From contig CBCXVT010000020.1 in assembly GCA_965178635.1 (NCBI GenBank), forward strand, positions 2,991 through 66,990: a stretch of 64,000 bases of DNA, written 5' to 3'. The first letter of the stretch is position 1. Each line of letters starts with the position of its first letter. Made by a program: the position numbers and the translations under genes. The stretch is from Flavobacteriaceae bacterium (GTDB lineage Bacteria; Bacteroidota; Bacteroidia; Flavobacteriales; Flavobacteriaceae). The notes under the pieces are model-generated. The model did not search any database, was not told the origin of the DNA, and worked only from the letters and a program-made list of their open reading frames with translations. Shown here one piece after another: positions 19,763-29,152 of the stretch.

Positions 19763-22700
19763 GGCCTTCGCTATGATCTCGTAAAAAATGCGATGAAAAT
19801 GCCGTAAAAGATGATGCTGTCTGAGCGCAGTGAGTTCATCAGATTTAGGCGTCGAACAAAATTTTTAGAGACTATAGCGTCAGCCTAGCGTTTTTGGGTT
19901 CTTTTTTGGGCGATGCAAAAAAGAATAGAGCCTTAAAATAAAACGGGTAGTCTCTATAAAAAATCAGTAGTCAACCAGGTTTTGAAATTGTTTTTTAAGC
20001 AATAATAACTAAGAGTATCAAAATTAACTCTGCATTAAATTATCGGCCTTCGCTATGATCTCGTAAAAAATGCGATGAAAATGCCGTAAAAGATGATGCT
20101 GTCTGAGCGCAGCGAGTTCATCAGATTTAGGCGTCGAACAAAATTTTTAGAGACTATAGCGTCAGCCTAGCGTTTTTGGGTTCTTTTTTGGGCGATGCAA
20201 AAAAGAATAGAGCCTTAAAATAAAACGGGTAGTCTCTATAAAAAATAAGTAGTCAACCAGGTTTTGAAATTGTTTTTTAAGCAATAATAACTAAGAGTAT
20301 CAAAATTAACTCTGCATTAAATTATCGGCCTTCGCTATGATCTCGTAAAAAATGCGATGAAAATGCCGTAAAAGATGATGCTGTCTGAGCGCAGTGAGTT
20401 AATCAGATTTAGGCGTCGAACAAAATTTTTAGAGACTATAGCGTCAGCCTAGCGTTTTTTGGGTTCTTTTTTGGGCGATGCAAAAAAGAATAGAGCCTTA
20501 AAATAAAACGGGTAGTCTCTATAAAAAATCAGTAGTCAACCAGGTTTTGAAATTGTTTTTTATGCAATAATAACTAAGAGTATCAAAATTAACTCTGCAT
20601 TAAATTATCGGCCTTCGCTATGATCTCGTAAAAAAATGCGGTGAAAATGCCGTAAAAGATGATGCTGTCTGAGCGCAGCGAGTTCATCAGATTTAGGCAT
20701 CGAACAAAATTTTTAGAGACTATAGCGTCAGCCTAGCGTTTTTGGGTTCTTTTTTGGGCGATGCAAAAAAGAATAGAGCCTTAAAATAAAACGGGTAGTC
20801 TCTATAAAAAATCAGTAGTCAACCAGGTTTTGAAATTGTTTTTTAAGCAATAATAACTAAGAGTATCAAAATTAACTCTGCATTAAATTATCGGCCTTTC
20901 GCTATGATCTCGTAAAAAATGCTGTGAAAATGCCGTAAAAGATGATGCTGTCTGAGCACAGCGAGTTCATCAGATTTAGGCGTCGAACAAAATTTTTAGA
21001 GACTATAGCGTCAGCCTAGCGTTTTTGGGTTCTTTTTTGGGCGATGCAAAAAAGAATAGAGCCTTAAAATAAAACGGGTAGTCTCTATAAAAAATCAGTA
21101 GTCAACCAGGTTTTGAAATTGTTTTTTAAGTAATAATAACTAAGAGTATCAAAATTAACTCTGCATTAAATTATCGGCTTTCGCTATGATCTCGTAAAAA
21201 ATGCGATGAAAATGCCGTAAAAGATGATGCTGTCTGAGCGCAGTGAGTTAATCAGATTTAGGCGTCGAACAAAATTTTTAGAGACTATAGCGTCAGCCTA
21301 GCGTTTTTTGGGTTCTTTTTTGGGCGATGCAAAAAAGAATAGAGCCTTAAAATAAAACGGGTAGTCTCTATAAAAAATCAGTAGTCAACCAGGTTTTGAA
21401 ATTGTTTTTTATGCAATAATAACTAAGAGTATCAAAATTAACTCTGCATTAAATTATCGGCCTTCGCTATGATCTCGTAAAAAAATGCGGTGAAAATGCC
21501 GTAAAAGATGATGCTGTCTGAGCGCAGCGAGTTCATCAGATTTAGGCATCGAACAAAATTTTTAGAGACTATAGCGTCAGCCTAGCGTTTTTTGGGTTCT
21601 TTTTTGGGCGATGCAAAAAAGAATAGAGCCTTAAAATAAAACGGGTAGTCTCTATAAAAAATCAGTAGTCAACCAGGTTTTGAAATTGTTTTTTATGCAA
21701 TAATAACTAAGAGTATCAAAATTAACTCTGCATTAAATTATCGGCCTTTCGCTATGATCTCGTAAAAAATGCAGTGAAAATGCCGTAAAAGATGATGCTG
21801 TCTGAGCACAGCGAGTTCATCAGATTTAGGCGTCGAACAAAATTTTTAGAGACTATAGCGTCAGCCTAGCGTTTTTTGGGTTTTTTTTGGGGCGATGCAA
21901 AAAAGAATAGAGCCTTAAAATAAAACGGGTAGTCTCTATAAAAAATCAGTAGTCAACCAGGTTTTGAAATTGTTTTTTATGCAATAATAACTAAGAGTAT
22001 CAAAATTAACTCTGCATTAAATTATCGGCCTTTCGCTATGATCTCGTAAAAAATGCAGTGAAAATGCCGTAAAAGATGATGCTGTCTGAGCACAGCGAGT
22101 TCATCAGATTTAGGCGTCGAACAAAATTTTTAGAGACTATAGCGTCAGCCTAGCGTTTTTTGGGTTTTTTTTGGGGCGATGCAAAAAAGAATAGAGCCTT
22201 AAAATAAAACGGGTAGTCTCTATAAAAAATCAGTAGTCAACCAGGTTTTGAAATTGTTTTTTAAGCAATAATAACTAAGAGTATCAAAATTAACTCTACA
22301 TTAAATTATCGGCCTTCGCTATGATCTCGTAAAAAATGCGGTGAAAATGCCGTAAAAGATGATGCTGTCTGAGCGCAGCGAGTTCATCAGATTTAGGCAT
22401 CGAACAAAATTTTTAGAGACTATAGCGTCAGCCTAGCGTTTTTTGGGTTCTTTTTTGGGCGATGCAAAAAAGAATAGAGCCTTAAAATAAAACGGGTAGT
22501 CTCTATAAAAAATCAGTAGTCAACCAGGTTTTGAAATTGTTTTTTAAGCAATAATAACTAAGAGTATCAAAATTAACTCTGCATTAAATTATCGGCCTTC
22601 GCTATGATCTCGTAAAAAATGCGGTGAAAATGCCGTAAAAGATGATGCTGTCTGAGCGCAGCGAGTTCATCAGATTTAGGCATCGAACAAAATTTTTAGA

Positions 22701-22844
22701 GACTATAGCGTCAGCCTAGCGTTTTTTGGGTTCTTTTTTGGGCGATGCAAAAAAGAATAGAGCCTTAAAATAAAACGGGTAGTCTCTATAAAAAATCAGT
22801 AGTCAACCAGGTTTTGAAATTGTTTTTTAAGCAATAATAACTAA
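19763..22844. repeat. Non-coding tandem array, ~10.9 copies of a 282-284-bp unit
   Basis: Unit starts (ggcc(t)ttcgctatgatctcg) at 19763, 20045, 20327, 20610, 20893, 21176, 21459, 21743, 22027, 22311 and 22594. No ORF of 60 aa or more on either strand. Confidence 0.95.
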
Positions 22845-22908
22845 CGGAGTACGGCAATCTCATCAAATTAAATGCTTGTATAATGCGTACTGTCTTCTCA
22901 ATGGTATC

Positions 22909-22940
22909 AAAAAAAAGGGGATGCCCAATGCCATCCCCTT
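22909..22940 (-). terminator. Rho-independent terminator of MAK copy B
   Basis: Stem ggggatg/catcccc (22917-22923 / 22932-22938), followed on the minus strand by a T8 run. Confidence 0.7.
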
Positions 22941-22963
22941 TAAATTAATAAGCCTCAAAAACC

Positions 22964-23713
22964 TTACAAAACATCTAAAATCTGTAAAGCATTATATGCC
23001 CCATTACGTAACGGATACTGCACCCCATTAACCTCTTGAAAAAATGCAATTTTCAATAAGTAAATAGATGTACCAGTTCCAGTCGGTACCCCCAAGGGAG
23101 TTAAAGTTACAGGAGTAAGTACAGAATTGATAGCAGTATTAAAAACAGCACTCAATTGCAAATCTTTAAGTGCTGTACTAAAATCCAAATTCAAAAACCC
23201 GCAACTCAAGCTCACGTGTGTAGCACCTTCTGGTAAACCTAAATTCTGAAGGGGGATAAAATCACTGATCACCACCTCACCAGTAGCTGTATTCAAACTG
23301 TAGTCTGATAAAAGCACACTGCTTAACGGTGCTTGGGCATTAAAATCAAAACCTGATAAAGCCTCTTGCCCTGTAGCTGTTGAAAGCCCAGCCGATACCT
23401 GACGTTGTCCGCGTATAGACGTGAGATCAGCATTTTTAACACGACTCATCACTTGTGTCAATCGTGGTGTAACACTGGAATCTTTAGCATCTGTCAGTAG
23501 GGGCAAAATTGCTTGTCGCAACAGTTTGCCGCTAGTGGCACAATGCCCAAATTCCGTCCCGTTTTCTCGGGTGCGAATAAACGCAGGATCATTTTTAATT
23601 CGTTGAGCACTAACACCACCTTTGGTGCGTACCAAATACCCCTCTTTGCCCTTGTAAAAGGTAAGACCGTCCAGGGTGCCTTCAATCTTAATAAAGCTGT
23701 TTAATTTAGCCAT
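22964..23713 (-). CDS. Uncharacterised MAK..GT.DG..FYK family protein, copy B (intact, 249 aa)
   Basis: Shares MAK-IK-GT-FYK-KGGV-DPAF-RTRENG-EFG N-terminal blocks and a C-terminal FFQEVNG..Y.L.NG.YNAL block with copy C. Confidence 0.7.
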   Translation of the reverse strand: MAKLNSFIKIEGTLDGLTFYKGKEGYLVRTKGGVSAQRIKNDPAFIRTRENGTEFGHCATSGKLLRQAILPLLTDAKDSSVTPRLTQVMSRVKNADLTSIRGQRQVSAGLSTATGQEALSGFDFNAQAPLSSVLLSDYSLNTATGEVVISDFIPLQNLGLPEGATHVSLSCGFLNLDFSTALKDLQLSAVFNTAINSVLTPVTLTPLGVPTGTGTSIYLLKIAFFQEVNGVQYPLRNGAYNALQILDVL

Positions 23714-24129
23714 AATAGTATATGTTTTAGGAGTACAACAGAATTTTACAAAGTCTATATTGTAGAGCTATGCTAACACTCAATCTAATTAAGCAATTAG
23801 CTTAGGGATTTGAAATGAAATTCAGAAGCCTACTAAAAGTCTGTTGCACTCTTGGTTAATAAATATAAATCTGATAAAAACAGGACTCTAACTAATGTGT
23901 AGCGCGCACATGCATAGTACTCTACATGAATTAATGACACCAATATTAAAGAACTGTGATTCAGTCTTATAAACCTAAAACATATTGTGATACAAAGCAA
24001 GTACGCTATGTCGAGAAGTGCACATAAAGACCTATTTTATCGTATTTTTCCAGAATGTCCCAAAATTTCTGAAAATGACCAAAAGTGCCGTTTTTTGCTG
24101 ATAGAGTTTAATAAAACGGATGAAGATGA

Positions 24130-24173
24130 TGTATAGCTAATGTATGGATAGTGTATGCATACTGTATGAAAAA
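24130..24173 (+). promoter_or_regulatory. Four tandem 11-bp direct repeats, module B
   Basis: TGTATAGCTAA / TGTATGGATAG / TGTATGCATAC / TGTATGAAAAA at 24130, 24141, 24152 and 24163. Confidence 0.6.
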
Positions 24174-24397
24174 GACATATGTAGATGTTAGAGAATATAA
24201 AAAATACAAGAAAGAGGTATAGAACAGGCACGATTGTTGCTCCTGATAATTAAAGTCTAAAAAAGTAAACACATACCGTTTGAAGAGGAGTAATTTTGAG
24301 TATTGGAAGCAAGGCAATTGGATAAGGAAAAGAATATAGCTTTAACCAAACAGAACCTTGTAAAATCAATCCAAAATGTTAAAACCCAACAAACTCC

Positions 24398-24604
24398 ATG
24401 AAGAGACTTTGCATCTATGCCAAAGATGTACAGATGATCACCGGAAAAGGTGAACGTTTTGCACGCAAAATAATAAAACAAATTAAACAGAAACTAGGGA
24501 AGAAACCCCACCAGTTCGTATCGATAAAGGAGTTCTGCGATTATGTCGATTTGCAATACGAAGAAGTCTATTATACCATCAATAACAGAAAACCGCGATA
24601 TTAG
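24398..24604 (+). CDS. Small (68 aa) HTH-like DNA-binding protein, module B
   Basis: Paralog of 14364-14561. Lies directly upstream of, and co-oriented with, PS locus 3. Confidence 0.55.
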   Translation: MKRLCIYAKDVQMITGKGERFARKIIKQIKQKLGKKPHQFVSIKEFCDYVDLQYEEVYYTINNRKPRY

Positions 24605-24829
24605 ATGTAGTTAATAAAGTTGCTGTAAAGTTGTGCCAAGAAGTTGCATATGCTGTATTAAGAATATAAATCTTCAAAACTTCTCATTCTTTAGTGCGTA
24701 TCACTTGTACTAAAGAGATTATATCAGTATGTTTGTTTCAGTTCATAATATTTTTTTTTGAAGTACATAACCATAGCAATTGACGAGTAGTGACGCTGAA
24801 ATGCATATGTGTTAAACTGTCAACTCGTA

Positions 24830-26218
24830 ATGAAAACTATAAAAACCAATATAATCCCTGTTCAACCTACTTTTGCTAAAGTAAAAGCACCTCATGAATT
24901 AGATTATGAGGCAATTTGTATATTTGCTGCAACAGGGTTTTTTCTAGACCAAGACACCTATTGGAAAGATGAAAAAGTCTTACGTCCTGGCCATACCACC
25001 ACTATAGATGATGAGGGGTATATAATAAATAGTACGCCTTGGTTCAAATGGCACTACTCACCAAGAGACATTGATTTAAATCAAGCAGTGAACGAGTTTA
25101 CAAACTTATTTGAAACCATTGTTAAAGAACAAACACAAGGCAAGCAAGTCATTCTGCCGTTATCTGGTGGATTGGATAGCCGCTCACAAGCAGTGGCTTT
25201 AAAACAAGTCAAGGCTAAAGTAAATAGTTACAGTTATTCCTATCAAAATGGTTATGACGAAGCAGGGGTATCTCAAAAAATTGCTAAATGTTTAGAAATA
25301 CCATTTATAAAATATACAATCCCAAAAGGCTATCTATGGAGTAAAATTGAACAACTGGCTACAATCAATGGCTGTTATTCAGAGTTTACCCACCCTCGTC
25401 AAATGGCAGTAGCAGATGAACTTGGGCAACTTGGTGAGCTGTTTTCTTTAGGGCACTGGGGAGATGTGCTATTCGATGCTGATGAACTGCCTGATGAAGC
25501 TAATGAAAACAGTATAGCCTATCTTAAAAAGAAAATTATTAAAAAAGGAGGATTAGCCTTAGCGAACTCACTTTGGAATCAATGGCAGTTGGAAGGTGAT
25601 TTTGAAACCTATTTAGAAAAGAGACTACTAACACTCTGGCAAGCTATAGACATACAACAGAAGAGTGCTAAATTAAGAGCTTTTAAAAGTCTGTATTGGG
25701 CGCCTCGTTGGACCTCGGTTAATTTGGCTGTGTTTGAAAATGAACAACCTGTAACGTTACCTTATTACGACGATCGCATGTGTGAGTTCATTTGTACTGT
25801 GCCGGAAGCCCTGTTAGCCAACAGACAAATTCAAATAGAATACATCAAAAAGCGTAATCCTAAAATAGCTAAAATAGTATGGCAAGATAAACGCCCGTTT
25901 AATTTGTACAATTACTATTGGCATAAGTTTCCGTATAATTTCCCATATAGAGTAATTACAAAGTTGCAGCGTGTAATTAATGGAATGTTGAAAGCACCCC
26001 ATGTACAACGCAATTGGGAATTGCAATTTTTAGGACAAAATAATGATGACATGTTGAAGACGTACCTATACAATTCTAAACTCACAAGTTCAGTGTCTAA
26101 AGAGCTGATTAATCAATACTATAAAGCATTTAAAAACAAAGATCAAGTTGTTTTTTCACACCCTCTTAGTATATTATTAACTTTATCACTTTGGTATAAA
26201 AATAATGTAGATTTATGA
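24830..26218 (+). CDS. Asparagine synthase (AsnB C-terminal domain)-like ATP-pyrophosphatase / amidotransferase
   Basis: PP-loop LSGGLDSRS. The ATG at 24830 is preferred over the GTG at 24809 used in the track. Confidence 0.65.
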   Translation: MKTIKTNIIPVQPTFAKVKAPHELDYEAICIFAATGFFLDQDTYWKDEKVLRPGHTTTIDDEGYIINSTPWFKWHYSPRDIDLNQAVNEFTNLFETIVKEQTQGKQVILPLSGGLDSRSQAVALKQVKAKVNSYSYSYQNGYDEAGVSQKIAKCLEIPFIKYTIPKGYLWSKIEQLATINGCYSEFTHPRQMAVADELGQLGELFSLGHWGDVLFDADELPDEANENSIAYLKKKIIKKGGLALANSLWNQWQLEGDFETYLEKRLLTLWQAIDIQQKSAKLRAFKSLYWAPRWTSVNLAVFENEQPVTLPYYDDRMCEFICTVPEALLANRQIQIEYIKKRNPKIAKIVWQDKRPFNLYNYYWHKFPYNFPYRVITKLQRVINGMLKAPHVQRNWELQFLGQNNDDMLKTYLYNSKLTSSVSKELINQYYKAFKNKDQVVFSHPLSILLTLSLWYKNNVDL

Positions 26219-27120
26219 AGTTGAAACTATCTATAATTCTGCCAATTTATAATGGCGAAAAGACACTCTCTACTACATTAAATAGTTTGGTCAAGCAAAG
26301 TTTTCAAGATTTCGAATTGATTGCTTGTATTGATGGTACAAAGGATCAGTCTAAAGAAATATTGCTGTCATATCAGCAAAAGTTTAAGTCACTTTTAATA
26401 TTAGAAAACGAAAAAAACATAGGTTTAGGCCCTACAATGAATCGATTGGTAGCCAATAGTAAAGGGGAATATATTGCAATTGCTGAACAAGATGACTATT
26501 ATTATGAAAACAGGCTGCAATTACAGATAGCTTGTTTGGAAAGTGATAAAAGTATAGGCTTAGTTTCGGGTATTGCTGAGTTTTATAATGGAAAAGAAAT
26601 AACAATGAAGTTTCCTGGAATACTGGTAAATGGAAAACAATATCCCGAAGGGGAGCAAATGTTTTTGTTAAATTATACGAAACAGATCAAAGTGGCTAAT
26701 AGTTGTATTATGTTTAGGAAAACTACACATATAAATAATGGGTTATATTTTACATGTCACCATCCGAGTATAAGTGTTGATTGGACTTATATATTAAGAT
26801 TTTCACTTATCTCTAAAATATATGGTTTGCCAAATGTATTAGTAAGATTAGATAGGAGAGGAGATAGAAACTCAGTGACTTCAAATAAAACTAAGCAATT
26901 CAGAGCTTCGAGAGAGTTGATAAGATCTTTTGCATATGAGTTTCCAGATATTATTAGTTCGGATAATTATAAATATGCAATGAGAACACAATATTTGATG
27001 GAAATGAATAATTGTTTAGGAATAAAATTCATTTTAATATCCTTAATTAATAGTATAAAGTATCCAATGGATAACCGTTTCAGAGAAAGTTTGTTAAATA
27101 GGTTAAAAAAGAAGTTTTAA
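26215..27120 (+). CDS. Family 2 glycosyltransferase
   Basis: LSIILPIYNGEKTL...CIDGTKDQS and AEQDDYY motifs. Confidence 0.75.
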   Translation: MKLKLSIILPIYNGEKTLSTTLNSLVKQSFQDFELIACIDGTKDQSKEILLSYQQKFKSLLILENEKNIGLGPTMNRLVANSKGEYIAIAEQDDYYYENRLQLQIACLESDKSIGLVSGIAEFYNGKEITMKFPGILVNGKQYPEGEQMFLLNYTKQIKVANSCIMFRKTTHINNGLYFTCHHPSISVDWTYILRFSLISKIYGLPNVLVRLDRRGDRNSVTSNKTKQFRASRELIRSFAYEFPDIISSDNYKYAMRTQYLMEMNNCLGIKFILISLINSIKYPMDNRFRESLLNRLKKKF

Positions 27121-27124
27121 AACC

Positions 27125-28006
27125 ATGAAAACTAATTTACTAATTGCTGGAGCATGTAAATGTGGTACATCCTTTTTACATGATTTTTTAGGAAGCCAAA
27201 CAGATATATGTGCATCAAGTCCTAAAGAGCCCTATTTTTTTGAATTACCAAAAGAAAAAAGAAATGAAGGTGAATATTTTTCTACCTATTTTAAATCATA
27301 TAGTTCAGAAAAGTATTTGTTAGATAGTAGGTATAGAAACATGTTTTTTTCTGAAGTACCTAAACTTATTTATGACTATAATTCAGATGCTAAAATTATT
27401 TTTTTGTTGCGAGATCCTATTGAGAGAGCTTATTCTCATTGGTGGATGTGGTATTCAAGAAAAATAATTAAAAATAGTTTTTATACATCCATTAGAAAAG
27501 AAATTAATAGAATTAATAAAGGAGGAGGGATGATGGATTTCAAGCCAGAAGAATATATTAAATATGTACAAAACAGAGTGCCAGGTGGACGAATGGCATA
27601 TGCAGATGCTTATACTATTGTTGAGTCTGGAATGTATTATCAGCAAATAGAATGTTTTAAGCGATATTTTATGGATAAAAACATCCTAATTATTGATTAT
27701 AAAGAAATTTCAGACTTAGATAATCTTTCAAAAAAAATAGAGCAATTTTTAAACATTAATATTTCACCTAAAAAGCAAGAAGAACAAATAGTTAATAAAG
27801 CACCAAAGTATTTAAAAAAGAAAAGTGGCTTGGCTAAATTTTTACCAAAAAAAATTAAGAAATTAATAAAAGATACTTTTTATAAAAAACCGAAAATGAA
27901 AACTAAATCATATCAGTTATTACAAAGTTTCTTTTTGGAAGAGAATAAAAAACTAATAGAGAACTATAATTTAGACTTTGTAAAAAAGTGGGGAAACAAA
28001 TCGTGA
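27125..28006 (+). CDS. Sulfotransferase-family protein
   Basis: LIAGACKCGTSFL (5'-PSB-like) and LLRDPIERAYSHW (3'-PB-like) motifs. Confidence 0.7.
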   Translation: MKTNLLIAGACKCGTSFLHDFLGSQTDICASSPKEPYFFELPKEKRNEGEYFSTYFKSYSSEKYLLDSRYRNMFFSEVPKLIYDYNSDAKIIFLLRDPIERAYSHWWMWYSRKIIKNSFYTSIRKEINRINKGGGMMDFKPEEYIKYVQNRVPGGRMAYADAYTIVESGMYYQQIECFKRYFMDKNILIIDYKEISDLDNLSKKIEQFLNINISPKKQEEQIVNKAPKYLKKKSGLAKFLPKKIKKLIKDTFYKKPKMKTKSYQLLQSFFLEENKKLIENYNLDFVKKWGNKS

Positions 28007-28038
28007 TGATAATAAATCAGTTTAAGAAGTAGATTGTA

Positions 28039-29127
28039 ATGACAAAAATAAAAATTTTATTTACCATCCCAAATTTTGATACTGCCGGTAGTGGTAAAGT
28101 GGTGTACGATTTGGTAAAAGGACTGGATAAATCTGTTTTTGCACCTGAAATTTGTGTGTTTCATACCCGTGGTGCTTTTTTTAAAGAAATTGAAAATTTG
28201 GGCATGCCTATTCATGTCTTTAAGTTTGAAGCCGATTATAGACCTTTTGCAACACTCCCTTTTAGGATTTTTAAAATTGCACGGTTTTTTAAAAAACATC
28301 GTTTTGATTTGATTCATTCCTGGCATTGGAGTTCTGATATAACAGAGCCGTTGGCTGCTAAACTTGCTGGTGTTCCTTTTGTGTATACAAAGAAAGCAAT
28401 GGGTTGGGGAAATAAATCATGGCTTTGGCGTTCAAAATTGAGTACAAAAGTGATTGCAATTAATAAAGACATGATGCAGGAGTTCTTTAAAGACATGCCT
28501 GATAAAGCAATTAACTTACCATTAGGAGTAGATACTGAAGCATATAAACCTCAAAAACAATCTGAAAGCCTTAAACTTGAATTAGGACTTAATTCAGATG
28601 ATTTTGTAATCATTAGCGTTGTAAACATGGTGCCAGTAAAGGGAATTGAAATTCTACTGAATGCAGTTAGACTAATTGATGACCCAAAGATAAAAGTGTT
28701 AATTGTTGGAAATGATGCAAGTGACTATGCTGGGAACTTAAAAACAGAATTTACAGAAAACGAAATCATGTTTTTAGGTAAAAAGCAAAATGTTAAAGAT
28801 TACATAGCTTTAGCAAACCTTTTTGTCATTCCTACAAAAAATGAAGGAAGAAAAGAAGGTATGCCTATAGCGCCCTTGGAAGCTATGGCAATGGGAGTAC
28901 CAGTAATTGGATCTAATATCTCCGGAATTAAAGATGTTTTACAAGACTACCCAGAATTTTTGTTTAACCCTTCTGATGTAAAAGATTTGGCTATGAAAAT
29001 CTCTAAATTTAAAAATGAAAAACCCATTGATATATCAAAATTGGTAAGTACAGTCCGACAACAATTTAGTTTAGAAACGTTTATTGAGCAACGTGAAAAT
29101 GTATATAAAGCCTTGATAAAAAAATAA
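28039..29127 (+). CDS. Family 4 glycosyltransferase
   Basis: EGMPIAPLEAMAMGVPVIGSNISGIKDV signature. Confidence 0.8.
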   Translation: MTKIKILFTIPNFDTAGSGKVVYDLVKGLDKSVFAPEICVFHTRGAFFKEIENLGMPIHVFKFEADYRPFATLPFRIFKIARFFKKHRFDLIHSWHWSSDITEPLAAKLAGVPFVYTKKAMGWGNKSWLWRSKLSTKVIAINKDMMQEFFKDMPDKAINLPLGVDTEAYKPQKQSESLKLELGLNSDDFVIISVVNMVPVKGIEILLNAVRLIDDPKIKVLIVGNDASDYAGNLKTEFTENEIMFLGKKQNVKDYIALANLFVIPTKNEGRKEGMPIAPLEAMAMGVPVIGSNISGIKDVLQDYPEFLFNPSDVKDLAMKISKFKNEKPIDISKLVSTVRQQFSLETFIEQRENVYKALIKK

Positions 29128-29152
29128 TACAAGTTTTTTTGATAAACAGATA

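Noticed and set aside
19763-22844. Tandem array as a CRISPR array, an rRNA/tRNA gene array or a repetitive surface-protein gene
   Set aside because: There are no unique spacers; the whole 283 bp repeats. No tRNA or rRNA hallmark strings are present. Stops occur in all six frames within every unit, with no ORF of 60 aa or more.
23714-24397. ORFs in the module B spacer (24037-24231, 24108-24317, 24257-24481) and the module A spacer (13800-13988, 14319-14540) as genes
   Set aside because: They overlap each other and the HTH genes, are Phe/Tyr/Leu-rich translations of AT-rich DNA, and are not conserved between modules A and B. The spacers are treated as non-coding regulatory regions.
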